Shown: positions 20,706 through 30,150 of the stretch, in pieces | How positions within the stretch are numbered: the first letter of the stretch is position 1 | Layout of the letters: each line of letters opens with the position of its first letter | Source of the DNA: Alphaproteobacteria bacterium | Lineage (GTDB): Bacteria > Pseudomonadota > Alphaproteobacteria > Bin95 | NCBI GenBank assembly: GCA_965205265.1 | Contig: CBDBGH010000003.1 | Location: 3,008,001-3,072,000 of the forward strand | Length of the DNA stretch: 64,000 bases | Reading direction: 5' to 3' | The notes under the pieces: model-generated | What the model saw: only the letters and a program-made list of their open reading frames with translations | What the model was told of the DNA's origin: nothing | The model's database searches: none | Translations under genes and position numbers: made by a program

Positions 20706-22621
20706 CCTGACTTCGACGGTTGATTCGCATAAGTAGTTGATATTGCCTGGTTCTCATTTCGGCTAGGCACTACATCCGGCATTTCTTCGAGCCGTGCTTC
20801 GTCGACGGTCAGGCGAGTTGATACGGGGTGATCGTCAGGGGCAGCCCCATGGTTGCGTAAATCTGCTCCGCCGCCGGTGTCGGCTTCGAGGGGATGACGT
20901 AGCGGTTGCCCGATTGCCGACAGCGCAGCAGGGAGCACTGGCGGTGGACGAGGGCGGAGCGGATGACCTCCGGGGACATCCGCCGCTTCTGGATGGCGAC
21001 GCGGTACGCAAGGTGTCGAACGCAGGCGAAGGCCAGGAAGGCGATGGCGATGTGAGCGCGGATCCGGTCCGGGTTCCAGTGCCAGATGGGACGTATCTTC
21101 AGGTCGTGTTTGGTGATCCGGAAGCTCTCCTCGACCTGCCAGAGCCCCTGGTAGTGAGCCATCACTTCGGTGACGCGCGCGTCGCGCAGATTGGTGATGA
21201 CGCCGGTGAGCCCGTCCCATCGTGCGGCCTCGGCGATCTTCTCCGGGTTCACCGTGAGCCGTGCGTCGCCCTCGACGGCGATGAAGCGCTTTGCCCCGTG
21301 ATTGGAGAGCAGTTCCCTGGGATTGTCGCTGCGGGCCAGCCTGTCGAGCAGGCGTTCCACCTGATGGCGGCGCTCGTGCGCGTCCTTGCGTGCGCGCTGG
21401 GGGCAGAAGACGACGATCAGGCGACGGCCCTTGTACTCCCACTCGCCGACCCGGCGGTCCTGTGAGCCCTCCAGCGGGGCATAGGTCCCGGGGTCGAGAA
21501 CCTGCCCCAGCAGCGCGAGCGGCAGCTTGCGCAGCCGCGCGCCGACGACATACTCGCCGCCGATGGCGTCCATGGCGTCGAGGTTGTCGGCGCTCAGCAT
21601 GCCCCGGTCGGCCACGCATACCGTGCGCTCCACCTGGTGGCGGCGCTGCATGTCCTGCAGGACCGGGACCATGCTGTGTCCCTCGTAGGTGGCGCCGGGG
21701 AAGACCTCGTAGCTGATCGGCAGCCCTTCGCGCGTCACCATCAGCGCCAGCAGAACCTGCGAGTCCTTGTGTTTGCCGTCCTTGCTGAAGCCGTGCTGGC
21801 GAAGCTCGTCCTCGGCGGCCGTCTCGAAGTAGAGCGTGGTGCAATCGAAGAAGAGGATCGCGACCGGCTCCGGCAGCAGCGACCGGCTCGCCTCGCCGAC
21901 GCGCGTGCGCAGTCGCTCGATCACCGTCGCGTCGAGCTGATCCATCATCCGGTAGACCTTCTCGAGCGGAAGACTCACGCCGAAGTCCTCCTCGAGCCGG
22001 CGCACGCTGCCCCGCTTGCTGTCGGGGTTGGCTACCCGCGCCATCACCACATGGAACAGCGCGTCATGGGAGGCCCGGTAGCGCGAGCGCGGCAGCAGCG
22101 CGTCGAGGCCCAGCAGCCGGTAGATCTCGCCATAGACCTCGTGGATGCCTGTGATCAGGCGCTGCTCCTCTTCAAGCTGCTTGAGGTCGACCGGGAGTTC
22201 CTCCTTGCCGTCCCCCCGGCGGCCGACACGGATCGCCTGCTCAGCGATCTTCTCGGGCGCAAACAATGCCGGCTGACGCTCGTCCTCCAGCTTCGCCTTG
22301 ACGTACTCGCCGAGCTGCCTCAGGCGCTCGAGCTCGTCCTCGTCCATGGCCACGCCGACATGGCGGACGATGCGCTGTCGGACCTTGCCGCCGTCGCGCA
22401 CGGCCTCGACGATCTGGACCGAGCGTCGCGGGCTGTTGGGGGAGGTCTTGATGCGCACGAACATGGGGGGAGTGTAGCGCGTGGCGGAGGCATTGACAGT
22501 CTCAAAGATTTACTAGGCACTACAACGCAGCTTGACCGCACCGCAACTGCCAACTCATTGGCTTTACTGAAAACTCCAGACGCGAGATCGGTCAGAAGTC
22601 AGCCCAACCGTCGAAGTCAGG
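20706..22621 (-). mobile_element. IS1634-family insertion sequence
   Basis: Perfect 17-bp TIR CCTGACTTCGACGGTTG (20706-20722 / 22605-22621); 11-bp direct repeat ACGTTTGAATT (20695-20705 / 22622-22632). Confidence 0.92.
20809..22464 (-). CDS. IS1634-family DDE transposase
   Basis: FFDCTTLYF, GFSKDGK, VADRGM, YQGLWQVEESFRITKHDLKIRPIWHW; intact 551-aa ORF. Confidence 0.93.
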   Translation of the reverse strand: MFVRIKTSPNSPRRSVQIVEAVRDGGKVRQRIVRHVGVAMDEDELERLRQLGEYVKAKLEDERQPALFAPEKIAEQAIRVGRRGDGKEELPVDLKQLEEEQRLITGIHEVYGEIYRLLGLDALLPRSRYRASHDALFHVVMARVANPDSKRGSVRRLEEDFGVSLPLEKVYRMMDQLDATVIERLRTRVGEASRSLLPEPVAILFFDCTTLYFETAAEDELRQHGFSKDGKHKDSQVLLALMVTREGLPISYEVFPGATYEGHSMVPVLQDMQRRHQVERTVCVADRGMLSADNLDAMDAIGGEYVVGARLRKLPLALLGQVLDPGTYAPLEGSQDRRVGEWEYKGRRLIVVFCPQRARKDAHERRHQVERLLDRLARSDNPRELLSNHGAKRFIAVEGDARLTVNPEKIAEAARWDGLTGVITNLRDARVTEVMAHYQGLWQVEESFRITKHDLKIRPIWHWNPDRIRAHIAIAFLAFACVRHLAYRVAIQKRRMSPEVIRSALVHRQCSLLRCRQSGNRYVIPSKPTPAAEQIYATMGLPLTITPYQLA

Positions 22622-22644
22622 ACGTTTGAATTGCTGCGTTCCCG

Positions 22645-22810
22645 TCACCCGTCGGCGGCCAACGCGCGCCGGACGGCTTCGGGTTCCTTCTGCATCACCC
22701 GCAGGAGCGCCGCCGCCGGGCCGCTGACGCGCCGCGTTCCCTGTTCCCACTTGCGGTAGCCGGAAAGGCTCATGCCATCGGGGACGCCATCCGGGTCTGC
22801 GTGGGCTTCG
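22645..22810 (-). pseudogene. Truncated XRE/HigA-like antitoxin fragment
   Basis: 22773-22645 reads MSLSGYRKWEQGTRRVSGPAAALLRVMQKEPEAVRRALAADG*, the C-terminal half of an HTH_3 antitoxin; 5' part degenerate. Confidence 0.7.
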
Positions 22811-22820
22811 CCTGCCGCCG

Positions 22821-23105
22821 CTACGCCGCCGGCGCTTCCCCGCCGACCGGTTCGTTGCGGCGCAGGATGTAATTTTCGACAAAGGTGAGCTTGCCCTTCA
22901 CCTCCGCCAGCCCCTGCTCCACAGCCCGCAGCCGCGCGTCGATACCGTCCAGACGACCGTCGATGCGCTTTTCGACGCCGTCGATGCGCCTGTCGATGCC
23001 GTCCAGGCGTTGCCCGAGGTCCCGGCGCAGCGATGTAATCATGCCGATGATCAGCGCGGCCAGGGCGGCGGCTGCGCCGAGAACCGCAATGAGAACCGGG
23101 TCCAT
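22821..23105 (-). CDS. Small membrane-anchored coiled-coil protein
   Basis: MDPVLIAVLGAAAALAALIIGMI (TM) followed by heptad-like RLDGIDR/RIDGVEK repeats. Confidence 0.7.
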   Translation of the reverse strand: MDPVLIAVLGAAAALAALIIGMITSLRRDLGQRLDGIDRRIDGVEKRIDGRLDGIDARLRAVEQGLAEVKGKLTFVENYILRRNEPVGGEAPAA

Positions 23106-23288
23106 GGCGGCGCGAACTCCGAACGGCTTCAACGCCCGCGCGCTTCCGGCGTAAGCGGGAGCGCGCACGATAGCAAACCGCCCCGCTTTCTGTCCACGCC
23201 GCCGAGGGACGGGAACGAAGCTTTGCATCCTGCGCGCTTGCGGCAGCCGGAAAGGCTCATGCCCATCGGCGGCCCGTCCAGGCCTGCG

Positions 23289-23515
23289 CGGGCTTCGAGG
23301 GGTCCGGTGGAATCGGGACCCGGACCGACGCCCGGCAGCCTGGTCCCCAAGTCGTCATGCCCGTCCCCAATATCGTCATGCCCGGACTTGTTCCGGGCAT
23401 CCATGCGGCCGCCCCGAGGGAGAAGCGATGGAGGGAGATGCCCGGAACAAGTCCGGGCATGACGGAGGAGGGCGCTCGGGCATGACGGAAGAACCTGTTC
23501 TGAGCCTGTCGAAGG
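23289..23515. repeat. REP cassette with shared flank modules, plus a TGAGCCTGTCGAAG-type repeat half
   Basis: Arms at 23374-23401 and 23437-23464; flank 23289-23357 resembles the reverse complement of ~9930-10000. Confidence 0.85.
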
Positions 23516-23721
23516 GGAAGACGGGCGCCGGGCGGGCCGCAACCCCCGCGCTCGCCCGAAGGCATGAGGCTATTGCGAATGTCTCCGGCGCCCGCGCGCA
23601 GGATGGAGCCCGGCGCGGCGGCGGGCAAGCTCGAAAGCGGGCGGCGGGAAGCCGGCCGGCAGGGCAGGATCGGAAGCAATGCCTTGTTCATGAATTATTC
23701 GTTATAATTCCTACTTAATCA

Positions 23722-23750
23722 TTGACACCGGCAGGCCCTCCCCCTATATG
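23722..23750 (+). promoter_or_regulatory. Sigma70-type promoter
   Basis: TTGACA-N17-TATATG preceded by an AT-rich tract containing GAATTA-N7-TAATTC (23692-23710). Confidence 0.65.
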
Positions 23751-24282
23751 GGCCGGGAGGAGGCGGTATCCGGAGGCCGCATCCGTTCGCGCCGGCGCGA
23801 AAAACGCCCGGGAAGGCGGTGGGAGAGCTGCGCCCTGCGTCCGGCTCGCGCGCGCGGGCGCACCCGGGCAATCAGGCGCGCGATTCGCGCCGCCGCGAAA
23901 CGTGCGCCTGCGGGCGCAGGCGCGGGCGGGCATTACGCGCGAATCAGGGTCCCGCCGCCGGGGAAACCGGGAGCGGGACCGACGGAACGAAGAGGGTTCG
24001 AAAGGAGGCACCCATGCCGAAGACGGCAAGCCGGGGAAACCGGAGGACGACTGCGCCCGCAAGCCCCCACCCGTCGTCCCGGCCGGAGCGCAGCGCCTGC
24101 CCCGGCCTGCCCTCGCGGAAGCGGGGGGCCCCGATCCGGGGGAGAGCCGGGACCTCATGCAGCGTTGCCCCGGCCACGCGAGGCCCCGGCTCGCCCTGCG
24201 GGCGTCCGGGGCGACGGTGGGCGCCCGCGCGGGAGGAGCGTTATGCCCGGATGGATCATGGAACATGCATCACACGCATGAA

Positions 24283-24473
24283 GAACATGACATCTCATGA
24301 CACCTCCGCCGGTTCCGCCGCTTGGGGAAACCGGAGGACATACCGGGGGGCCCGCCCCGGACGAGGCCCCTATGCCCGGATCGAACGCACGACATGATCC
24401 CGGCGCATGGCGAACATGACATTCCATGACACCGCACAGCCCCCTCACGACGAAACATGACATTCCATGACAC
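24283..24473 (+). repeat. Three copies of AACATGACAT(T/C)(C/T)CATGACAC
   Basis: 24283-24303, 24412-24432 and 24453-24473; each has CATGACA twice at 10-bp period. Confidence 0.85.
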
Positions 24474-24562
24474 GCCCGCCGGTGCCGCCGCGGCGCCTTC
24501 GGAGGCGGCCCGGCCGAAAGCGCATGCGCGCCGGGCCGTGAACGGTGCTATGACGCCCGGCG

Positions 24563-25273
24563 ATGATCGACTGGACCGACCGCGCCGTCATGCTGTCCGC
24601 CCGCCCCTTCGGGGAAGGCAAGGCCATTGCCCACGCGCTGACCGAGACGCATGGCCGCCATGCCGGGCTGGTGCAGGGCGCGCGCCGCCACGCCGGGGCG
24701 CTCCAGCCCGGCACGCTCGCCACGGTGCGCTGGCGGGCGCGGCTCTCCGACCAGCTCGGCACGTTTTCCTGCGAGATCGAGACGGCCCATGCCGCGCTCT
24801 GGCTGGACGACCCGGCGCGGCTGGCGGCGCTCCAGAGCGCCTGCGCGGTGGCGGAGCTGGGCCTGCCGGAGCGCGAGCCGCACCCCGCCGCGTTCCTCGG
24901 GCTCGCGGCCCTCCTGGAGACGCTCGCGGGCGAGGCCTGGCCGGCGGCCTATGTCGGCTACGAGGTGGCGCTGCTGGCGGAGCTCGGCTTCGGCCTCGAC
25001 CTGGAGCGCTGCGCGGTCACGGGGGGCCGGACCGGGCTTGCCTGGGTCTCGCCCCGGTCCGGCCGGGCGGTCACGGCCGAGGCGGGCGAGCCCTGGAAGG
25101 ACCGGCTGCTGGCCCTGCCGGGCTTCCTCTCCGGCGCGCCCGGCTTCACCCCCGGCGACATAAGCGACGGCCTGGCGCTCACCGGCCATTTCCTCGCCCG
25201 CCATATCGCCGGGCCCGCGGACCGCCCCCTGCCCGCCGCGCGCCTGCGCCTGGCGGATTGTTTCGCGGGCTGA
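24563..25273 (+). CDS. recO: DNA repair protein RecO
   Basis: [35 protein letters not shown] and LTGHFL motifs. Confidence 0.95.
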   Translation: MIDWTDRAVMLSARPFGEGKAIAHALTETHGRHAGLVQGARRHAGALQPGTLATVRWRARLSDQLGTFSCEIETAHAALWLDDPARLAALQSACAVAELGLPEREPHPAAFLGLAALLETLAGEAWPAAYVGYEVALLAELGFGLDLERCAVTGGRTGLAWVSPRSGRAVTAEAGEPWKDRLLALPGFLSGAPGFTPGDISDGLALTGHFLARHIAGPADRPLPAARLRLADCFAG

Positions 25274-25322
25274 GGACGCCTATGCTCGAAGCGATCCCGA
25301 TTCGGAGCATTCGCAGCGCGCC

Positions 25323-27560
25323 GTGTCCGACGAGACTGCCGGAACCGTTGAGCCCGTCCCCTTCAGCACGGCGCTGGGCGAGCGGTATCTTGCCTATGCG
25401 CTCTCGACGATTACCGCGCGCTCGCTCCCGGATGTGCGCGACGGGCTGAAGCCGGTCCACCGCCGCCTCGTCCACGCCATGCGCGAACTGGGGCTCGACC
25501 CCGCCGCCGGTTTCAAGAAATGCGCGCGCGTCGTCGGCGACGTCATGGGCAAATACCACCCCCATGGCGACGCCGCGATCTACGACGCGATGGTGCGCCT
25601 CGCGCAGGAATTCGCCGTCCGCTACCCGCTGGTCGAGGGCCACGGCAATTTCGGCAATATCGACGGCGACAACGCCGCCGCCATGCGCTACACCGAGGCG
25701 CGCCTGACGGCCGTGGCCGAAGCGCTGCTGGAGGGCATCGACGAGGACGCCGTCGATTTCCGCGAGACATACGACGGCGAGGGCCGCGAGCCGGAAGTGC
25801 TGCCGGCGGCCTTCCCCAACCTGCTGGCCAACGGCGCGCAGGGCATCGCGGTCGGCATGGCGACCAATATCCCGCCGCACAATGCCGGCGAGCTCGCCGC
25901 CGCCCTGCTCCACCTGATCCGCTGGCCGACCGCGAAGGACGAGAAGATCGCCGAGCATGTGCCGGGGCCGGACTTCCCGACCGGCGGCTGCCTGACCGAG
26001 GACCCCGCCGCCATCGCGGAGGCCTACCGCACCGGGCGCGGCAGCATGCGGGTGCGCGCGCGCTGGGAGGTGGAAAAGCTCGAACGCGGCCACTGGCGCG
26101 CCGTCGTCACCGAGATTCCCTACCAGGTGCAGAAAGCGCGGCTGCTGGAACGGCTCGACGCCGCCATCGAGGCGCGCAAGCTGCCGGCGGTCGAGCAGGT
26201 CATCGACGAATCCGCCGAGGATGTGCGCATCCTGCTGGTGCCGCGCAACCGCAGCATCGACCCGGCCGCGATGATGGAGCAGGCGTTCCGGCTCTCGGAG
26301 CTGGAAATCCGCTTCGGCCTCAACCTGAACGTGCTGGACGCCGAGGGGCGGCCGCGCGTCATGTCGCTGCGCGAATGCCTGCTGGCCTTCATCGAGCACC
26401 GCATGGAGGTGCTGGAGCGGCGCACGCGCTACCGCCTGGAGCGGATCGCCCGGCGCCTGGAAGTGCTGGAAGCCTATCTCGCCGTCTATCTCAATCTCGA
26501 CGAGGTGATCCGCATCGTCCGCGAGGAGGACGATCCGCGCGCCGAACTCTGCGCGTGCCTCGGCGTGAACGAGGCGCAGGCCGACGCCATCCTCGCCATG
26601 CGGCTCCGGGCGTTGCGCCGGCTGGAAGAGGCCGCCATCCGCGAGGAGCATGCGAAGCTGACGGCCGAGCAGGCGGAATGCCGCGCGCTGCTGGCGGACG
26701 AGAAGCTCCGGCGCCGGCGGCTCTCCGACGAGGTCAGGGAGATGCGCAGGCGCTTCGGCTCGGGCGAGGCCGGGGCGCGGCGGACCCTGCTGGCCGAGGC
26801 GCCGGCCGCAAACGGCGCGGCGGCGGCGTTCTCCATGCCGGGCGAGCCGGCGACCGTGCTGGTGTCCGAGATGGGCTGGGTGCGCGTGCTGAAAGGCCAT
26901 ATCGGCGCCGATACCGCGCCCCGCTACAAGGAGGGCGACAGCGAGGCTTGGCGGCTGGCCGTCGAGACCTCGGACAAGCTGCTGCTGTTCGCCGCGTCGG
27001 GCCGGGTCTTCACCGTCGCGGTGGACCGGCTGCCGGACGGCAGGGGCATGGGCCGGCCGCTGCGCATGCATGCGGACATGGCCCAGGAGGACCGCATCGT
27101 GTCGATCCGCGCCGCGCGGCCGGACGGCCGCCTGCTGCTGGCGGCCGAGGACGGGCGCGGCTTCGTCGTGCGCGAGGAGAGCGCGATCGCCCAGACGCGG
27201 ACGGGCAGGCAGGTGATGACCGGCACGCTCAAGGCGGTCGCGGAAATCCGCCCGGACGACGACTCGATCGCCGTTATCGGCCGGAACCGGCGCCTGCTGG
27301 TCTTCCCGCTGGAGCAGGCGCCGGAACTCACGCGCGGGCGCGGCGTGCGCCTGCAGCGCTACGAGCGCGGCGGGCTGGCCGATGTCACGGCGCTCCGCAT
27401 GGAGGAAGGGCTCGTCTGGCGCATCGGCGGGCGCACCAGGCGGGAGGGCGACCTGCGCACATGGCTCGGGCGGCGCGGCGGCGTCGGCCGCCTGCCGCCG
27501 CACGGCTTCCCGCGCAACAACCGCTTCACGCCCCGCGACCCGCCTGAGGAAGAGGCGTAG
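25323..27560 (+). CDS. parC: DNA topoisomerase IV subunit A
   Basis: [27 protein letters not shown]; short CTD, no GyrA box seen; recO-parC order. Confidence 0.93.
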   Translation: MSDETAGTVEPVPFSTALGERYLAYALSTITARSLPDVRDGLKPVHRRLVHAMRELGLDPAAGFKKCARVVGDVMGKYHPHGDAAIYDAMVRLAQEFAVRYPLVEGHGNFGNIDGDNAAAMRYTEARLTAVAEALLEGIDEDAVDFRETYDGEGREPEVLPAAFPNLLANGAQGIAVGMATNIPPHNAGELAAALLHLIRWPTAKDEKIAEHVPGPDFPTGGCLTEDPAAIAEAYRTGRGSMRVRARWEVEKLERGHWRAVVTEIPYQVQKARLLERLDAAIEARKLPAVEQVIDESAEDVRILLVPRNRSIDPAAMMEQAFRLSELEIRFGLNLNVLDAEGRPRVMSLRECLLAFIEHRMEVLERRTRYRLERIARRLEVLEAYLAVYLNLDEVIRIVREEDDPRAELCACLGVNEAQADAILAMRLRALRRLEEAAIREEHAKLTAEQAECRALLADEKLRRRRLSDEVREMRRRFGSGEAGARRTLLAEAPAANGAAAAFSMPGEPATVLVSEMGWVRVLKGHIGADTAPRYKEGDSEAWRLAVETSDKLLLFAASGRVFTVAVDRLPDGRGMGRPLRMHADMAQEDRIVSIRAARPDGRLLLAAEDGRGFVVREESAIAQTRTGRQVMTGTLKAVAEIRPDDDSIAVIGRNRRLLVFPLEQAPELTRGRGVRLQRYERGGLADVTALRMEEGLVWRIGGRTRREGDLRTWLGRRGGVGRLPPHGFPRNNRFTPRDPPEEEA

Positions 27561-27566
27561 CGCCCC

Positions 27567-28979
27567 TCAGAGCTGCGGGCGCTTGTCGGCCCAGGGGCGC
27601 GCGGCCTCGAAGGCGGCGGCGGCCTGGAGCACGCCCGCATCGTCCAGCCGGCGCCCGACCACCTGGAGGCCGACCGGCAGCCCCGCCTCCGTGAACCCGC
27701 AGGGAATCGAGGCCGCCGGGTTGTGGGAAAGGTTGAAGGGGTAGCTGAACTGCGCCCATTGCAGCCAGTTCCACGGGTGGTCCGGCCAGTGGGCGGGCGA
27801 GAGGCGCTCGGCCGGGAAGGCGGCGACCGAGACCGACGGCGTGAGCAGGAAGTCGTACTCCTCGAAGAAGCGGTGGATCGCCTCGATATAGGCGAGCTTC
27901 CGCGCCCGCATGGCGAGATAGTCTTCCGCCCGGTAGCCCAGGCCGTCGCGGATGCAGGCGACGAGGCCGGGGTCCATCCGGTCCTCGAACTCCTCCAGCA
28001 GGCCGGCATAGGACAGCTCGTGGACCGGCCAGAAGAAGTGCTCGATCTCCGGGCCGTCCGGCCCCCAGGCAGGCGAAACCTCCTCGACCTCGGCCCCGAG
28101 CTCCGCGAAGGCCCGGACCGCGTCCGCCACCAGCGCCGCCACCTCGCCGTCCACGCGCGCATGGCCGAGATCGGGGCTCCAGGCGACCCGCGCGCCGCGG
28201 AGCCGCTCGTCCTCGCCCAGCAGCGCGGGATAGTCCGCCGGCGGCGCTTCGAGGCTGTAATGGTCGCGCGGATGCGGCCCCGCCACGACCCTCAGCATCA
28301 GCGCGGCGTCGGCGACCGTGCGGGTCATCGGCCCGACATGGGCCACCTGGTCCGTATTGCCGACCGGGAGATGCGCCACCCGCCCGTAGCTCGGCTTGAT
28401 GCCGAACACGCCGCAGAAATGGCTCGGCATGCGGATCGAGCCTGCGCCGTCGGAGCCCTGGTGGAGCGGGCCGTAACCCGCCGCCGCGCCCGCCCCGGCG
28501 CCGGCCGAGGAGGCGCCCGCATTCATGCCATGCGCCCAGGGATTGTGCGTAATGCCGGTGAGCGGGCTCTGGCTCACGCCCTTCCATCCGAATTCCGAGG
28601 TCGTCGTCTTGCCGAGGGAGATCGCCCCGGCGGCCGCCAGCCGGTCCACACAGGGCGCGCTCTCGGCCGGGACGTTGCCCTTCTCGGCGTGCGAGCCGCG
28701 TTCGGTCGGGACGCCGGCCGTGTTGGTCAGGTCCTTGATGGTGACCGGCACACCGTGCAGGGCCCCGAGCGCACCGCCCGCCATGACCTTCGCCTCGGCC
28801 GCCTTCGCCGCGTCTCGCGCGCGGTCGGCCGTCAGGGTGGCGAAGGCATTGATCCGGGGCTCCAGCCGCTCGATGCGCGCCAGCACGGTCTCGACGATCT
28901 CGACCGGCGAAAGCTCGCGCGCGGCCACCATCGCCGCCAGCCGGGTCGCCGGCGTGAAACACAGGTCTTCTTCGTTCAT
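27567..28979 (-). CDS. Amidase signature family enzyme
   Basis: GVPVTIKD, GASSAG and GSDGAGSIRMP (Ser-cisSer-Lys triad). Confidence 0.92.
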   Translation of the reverse strand: MNEEDLCFTPATRLAAMVAARELSPVEIVETVLARIERLEPRINAFATLTADRARDAAKAAEAKVMAGGALGALHGVPVTIKDLTNTAGVPTERGSHAEKGNVPAESAPCVDRLAAAGAISLGKTTTSEFGWKGVSQSPLTGITHNPWAHGMNAGASSAGAGAGAAAGYGPLHQGSDGAGSIRMPSHFCGVFGIKPSYGRVAHLPVGNTDQVAHVGPMTRTVADAALMLRVVAGPHPRDHYSLEAPPADYPALLGEDERLRGARVAWSPDLGHARVDGEVAALVADAVRAFAELGAEVEEVSPAWGPDGPEIEHFFWPVHELSYAGLLEEFEDRMDPGLVACIRDGLGYRAEDYLAMRARKLAYIEAIHRFFEEYDFLLTPSVSVAAFPAERLSPAHWPDHPWNWLQWAQFSYPFNLSHNPAASIPCGFTEAGLPVGLQVVGRRLDDAGVLQAAAAFEAARPWADKRPQL

Positions 28980-29099
28980 CGGCCCTCTCCGGTCCCCGCT
29001 CTCGTTCCGGGGCAGCCTAGAATCTTTGGCGGCAGGGGCAAAGCGGCGACGGGCCGTGGCTGTGCTATCCTTCCGCCCGGCGCATCGGAGACGAGGAAC

Positions 29100-29855
29100 A
29101 TGGCAGAGGTCGCGACATTCGCACCCGGCGGATACCGCTATATCCGGGGGCGGTTCCAGTATTCCGGCGGGGTGGCGGCGGAGCCCGGCTACCGGATCGA
29201 GCGGGTGCGCTTCCGCCGCCTCGTGCCGCTGGAGGCGGGTTTCCGGCGAATCGAGGCCCATATGGAGGCCGCCGGCCGGCCGATGACGGCCTTTTGCGCC
29301 TGCGAGCTGCGCTCGCCCGGACAGTTCTCGGAAGAGGGGTTCGTCGCCTTCAACCGGGCCTACGTACAGACGCTGGAGCGCTGGGGCATCTTCCGCGACG
29401 AGGAGAACCCGGTCGCGCGCTCCAATGTCTGCCCGGAGGCGGACCCGCCCGCCGAACCGGGCTTCCACGCCTTCTGCTACACGGTTCCGGACGATGGCGC
29501 GGGGGCCGGAACCTTCGTCATCGCGGGCTCCGGGGAGGCGCCGGAAGGGCCGGGGCAATACCGGGACCGGATCATCCGCCTCGGCGACACTTCGCCGGAC
29601 GCGATGCGGGAGAAGGCGCGCTATGTGCTGGGCGCCATGGAGAGCCGCATGGCCGCGCTCGGCTTCGGCTGGCCGGACGCGACCGCCGCCCAGGTCTATA
29701 CCGTCCACGACATCCACGGCCTGCTCGGCCCGGAGATCGTCGCGCGCGGCGCCGCCCCGGACGGCATCCAGTGGACCTTCGCCCGCCCCCCGGTCGAGGG
29801 CCTCGCCTTCGAAATGGACGTGCGCGGCCTGCCGGTGGAGCGCGTGATCGCCTGA
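29100..29855 (+). CDS. CnbZ-like (2-amino-5-chloromuconate deaminase-like) protein
   Basis: FQYSGGV, CACELRSP, NPVARSNV, FVIAGSGE and RPPVEGLAFEMDVR motifs. Confidence 0.7.
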   Translation: MAEVATFAPGGYRYIRGRFQYSGGVAAEPGYRIERVRFRRLVPLEAGFRRIEAHMEAAGRPMTAFCACELRSPGQFSEEGFVAFNRAYVQTLERWGIFRDEENPVARSNVCPEADPPAEPGFHAFCYTVPDDGAGAGTFVIAGSGEAPEGPGQYRDRIIRLGDTSPDAMREKARYVLGAMESRMAALGFGWPDATAAQVYTVHDIHGLLGPEIVARGAAPDGIQWTFARPPVEGLAFEMDVRGLPVERVIA

Positions 29856-29910
29856 CGCGGCGCCAGGCGATTAATTGTGCGAAAGCATATTTTTTGCTAC
29901 ATATTCACAC

Positions 29911-30150
29911 ATGAGGACCACCATAGATGTCAATGATGAGTTGCTGCGGGCCGTCAAGGTCTATGCAGCGGGCGAGCGCATGACGCTGAAGGCCGCGTTC
30001 GAGCGGGCGCTTCGGGAACTTCTTGCCGGGCGCGACGCTACCAATGCCGATGCGCCGCCGATCCCGGTGTTCGGCGGGCAGGGCGCACAGCCGGGCGTGG
30101 ACCTGACGGACAATGCGGCGCTTCGGGACATCATGGATGCAGAGCCCTGA
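29911..30150 (+). CDS. vapB: VapB-type antitoxin (RHH)
   Basis: MRTTIDVNDELL...PGVDLTDNAALRDIMD; overlaps the PIN gene. Confidence 0.82.
   Translation: MRTTIDVNDELLRAVKVYAAGERMTLKAAFERALRELLAGRDATNADAPPIPVFGGQGAQPGVDLTDNAALRDIMDAEP

Noticed and set aside
24283-24473. CRISPR array from the three 20-21-bp repeats
   Set aside because: Spacers are very unequal (~108 and ~20 bp), the repeat is an internal direct doublet rather than a palindrome, and no cas genes are present.
16379-24562. Prophage, integron or ICE
   Set aside because: No integrase, att repeats, attC pattern or structural/transfer genes seen.
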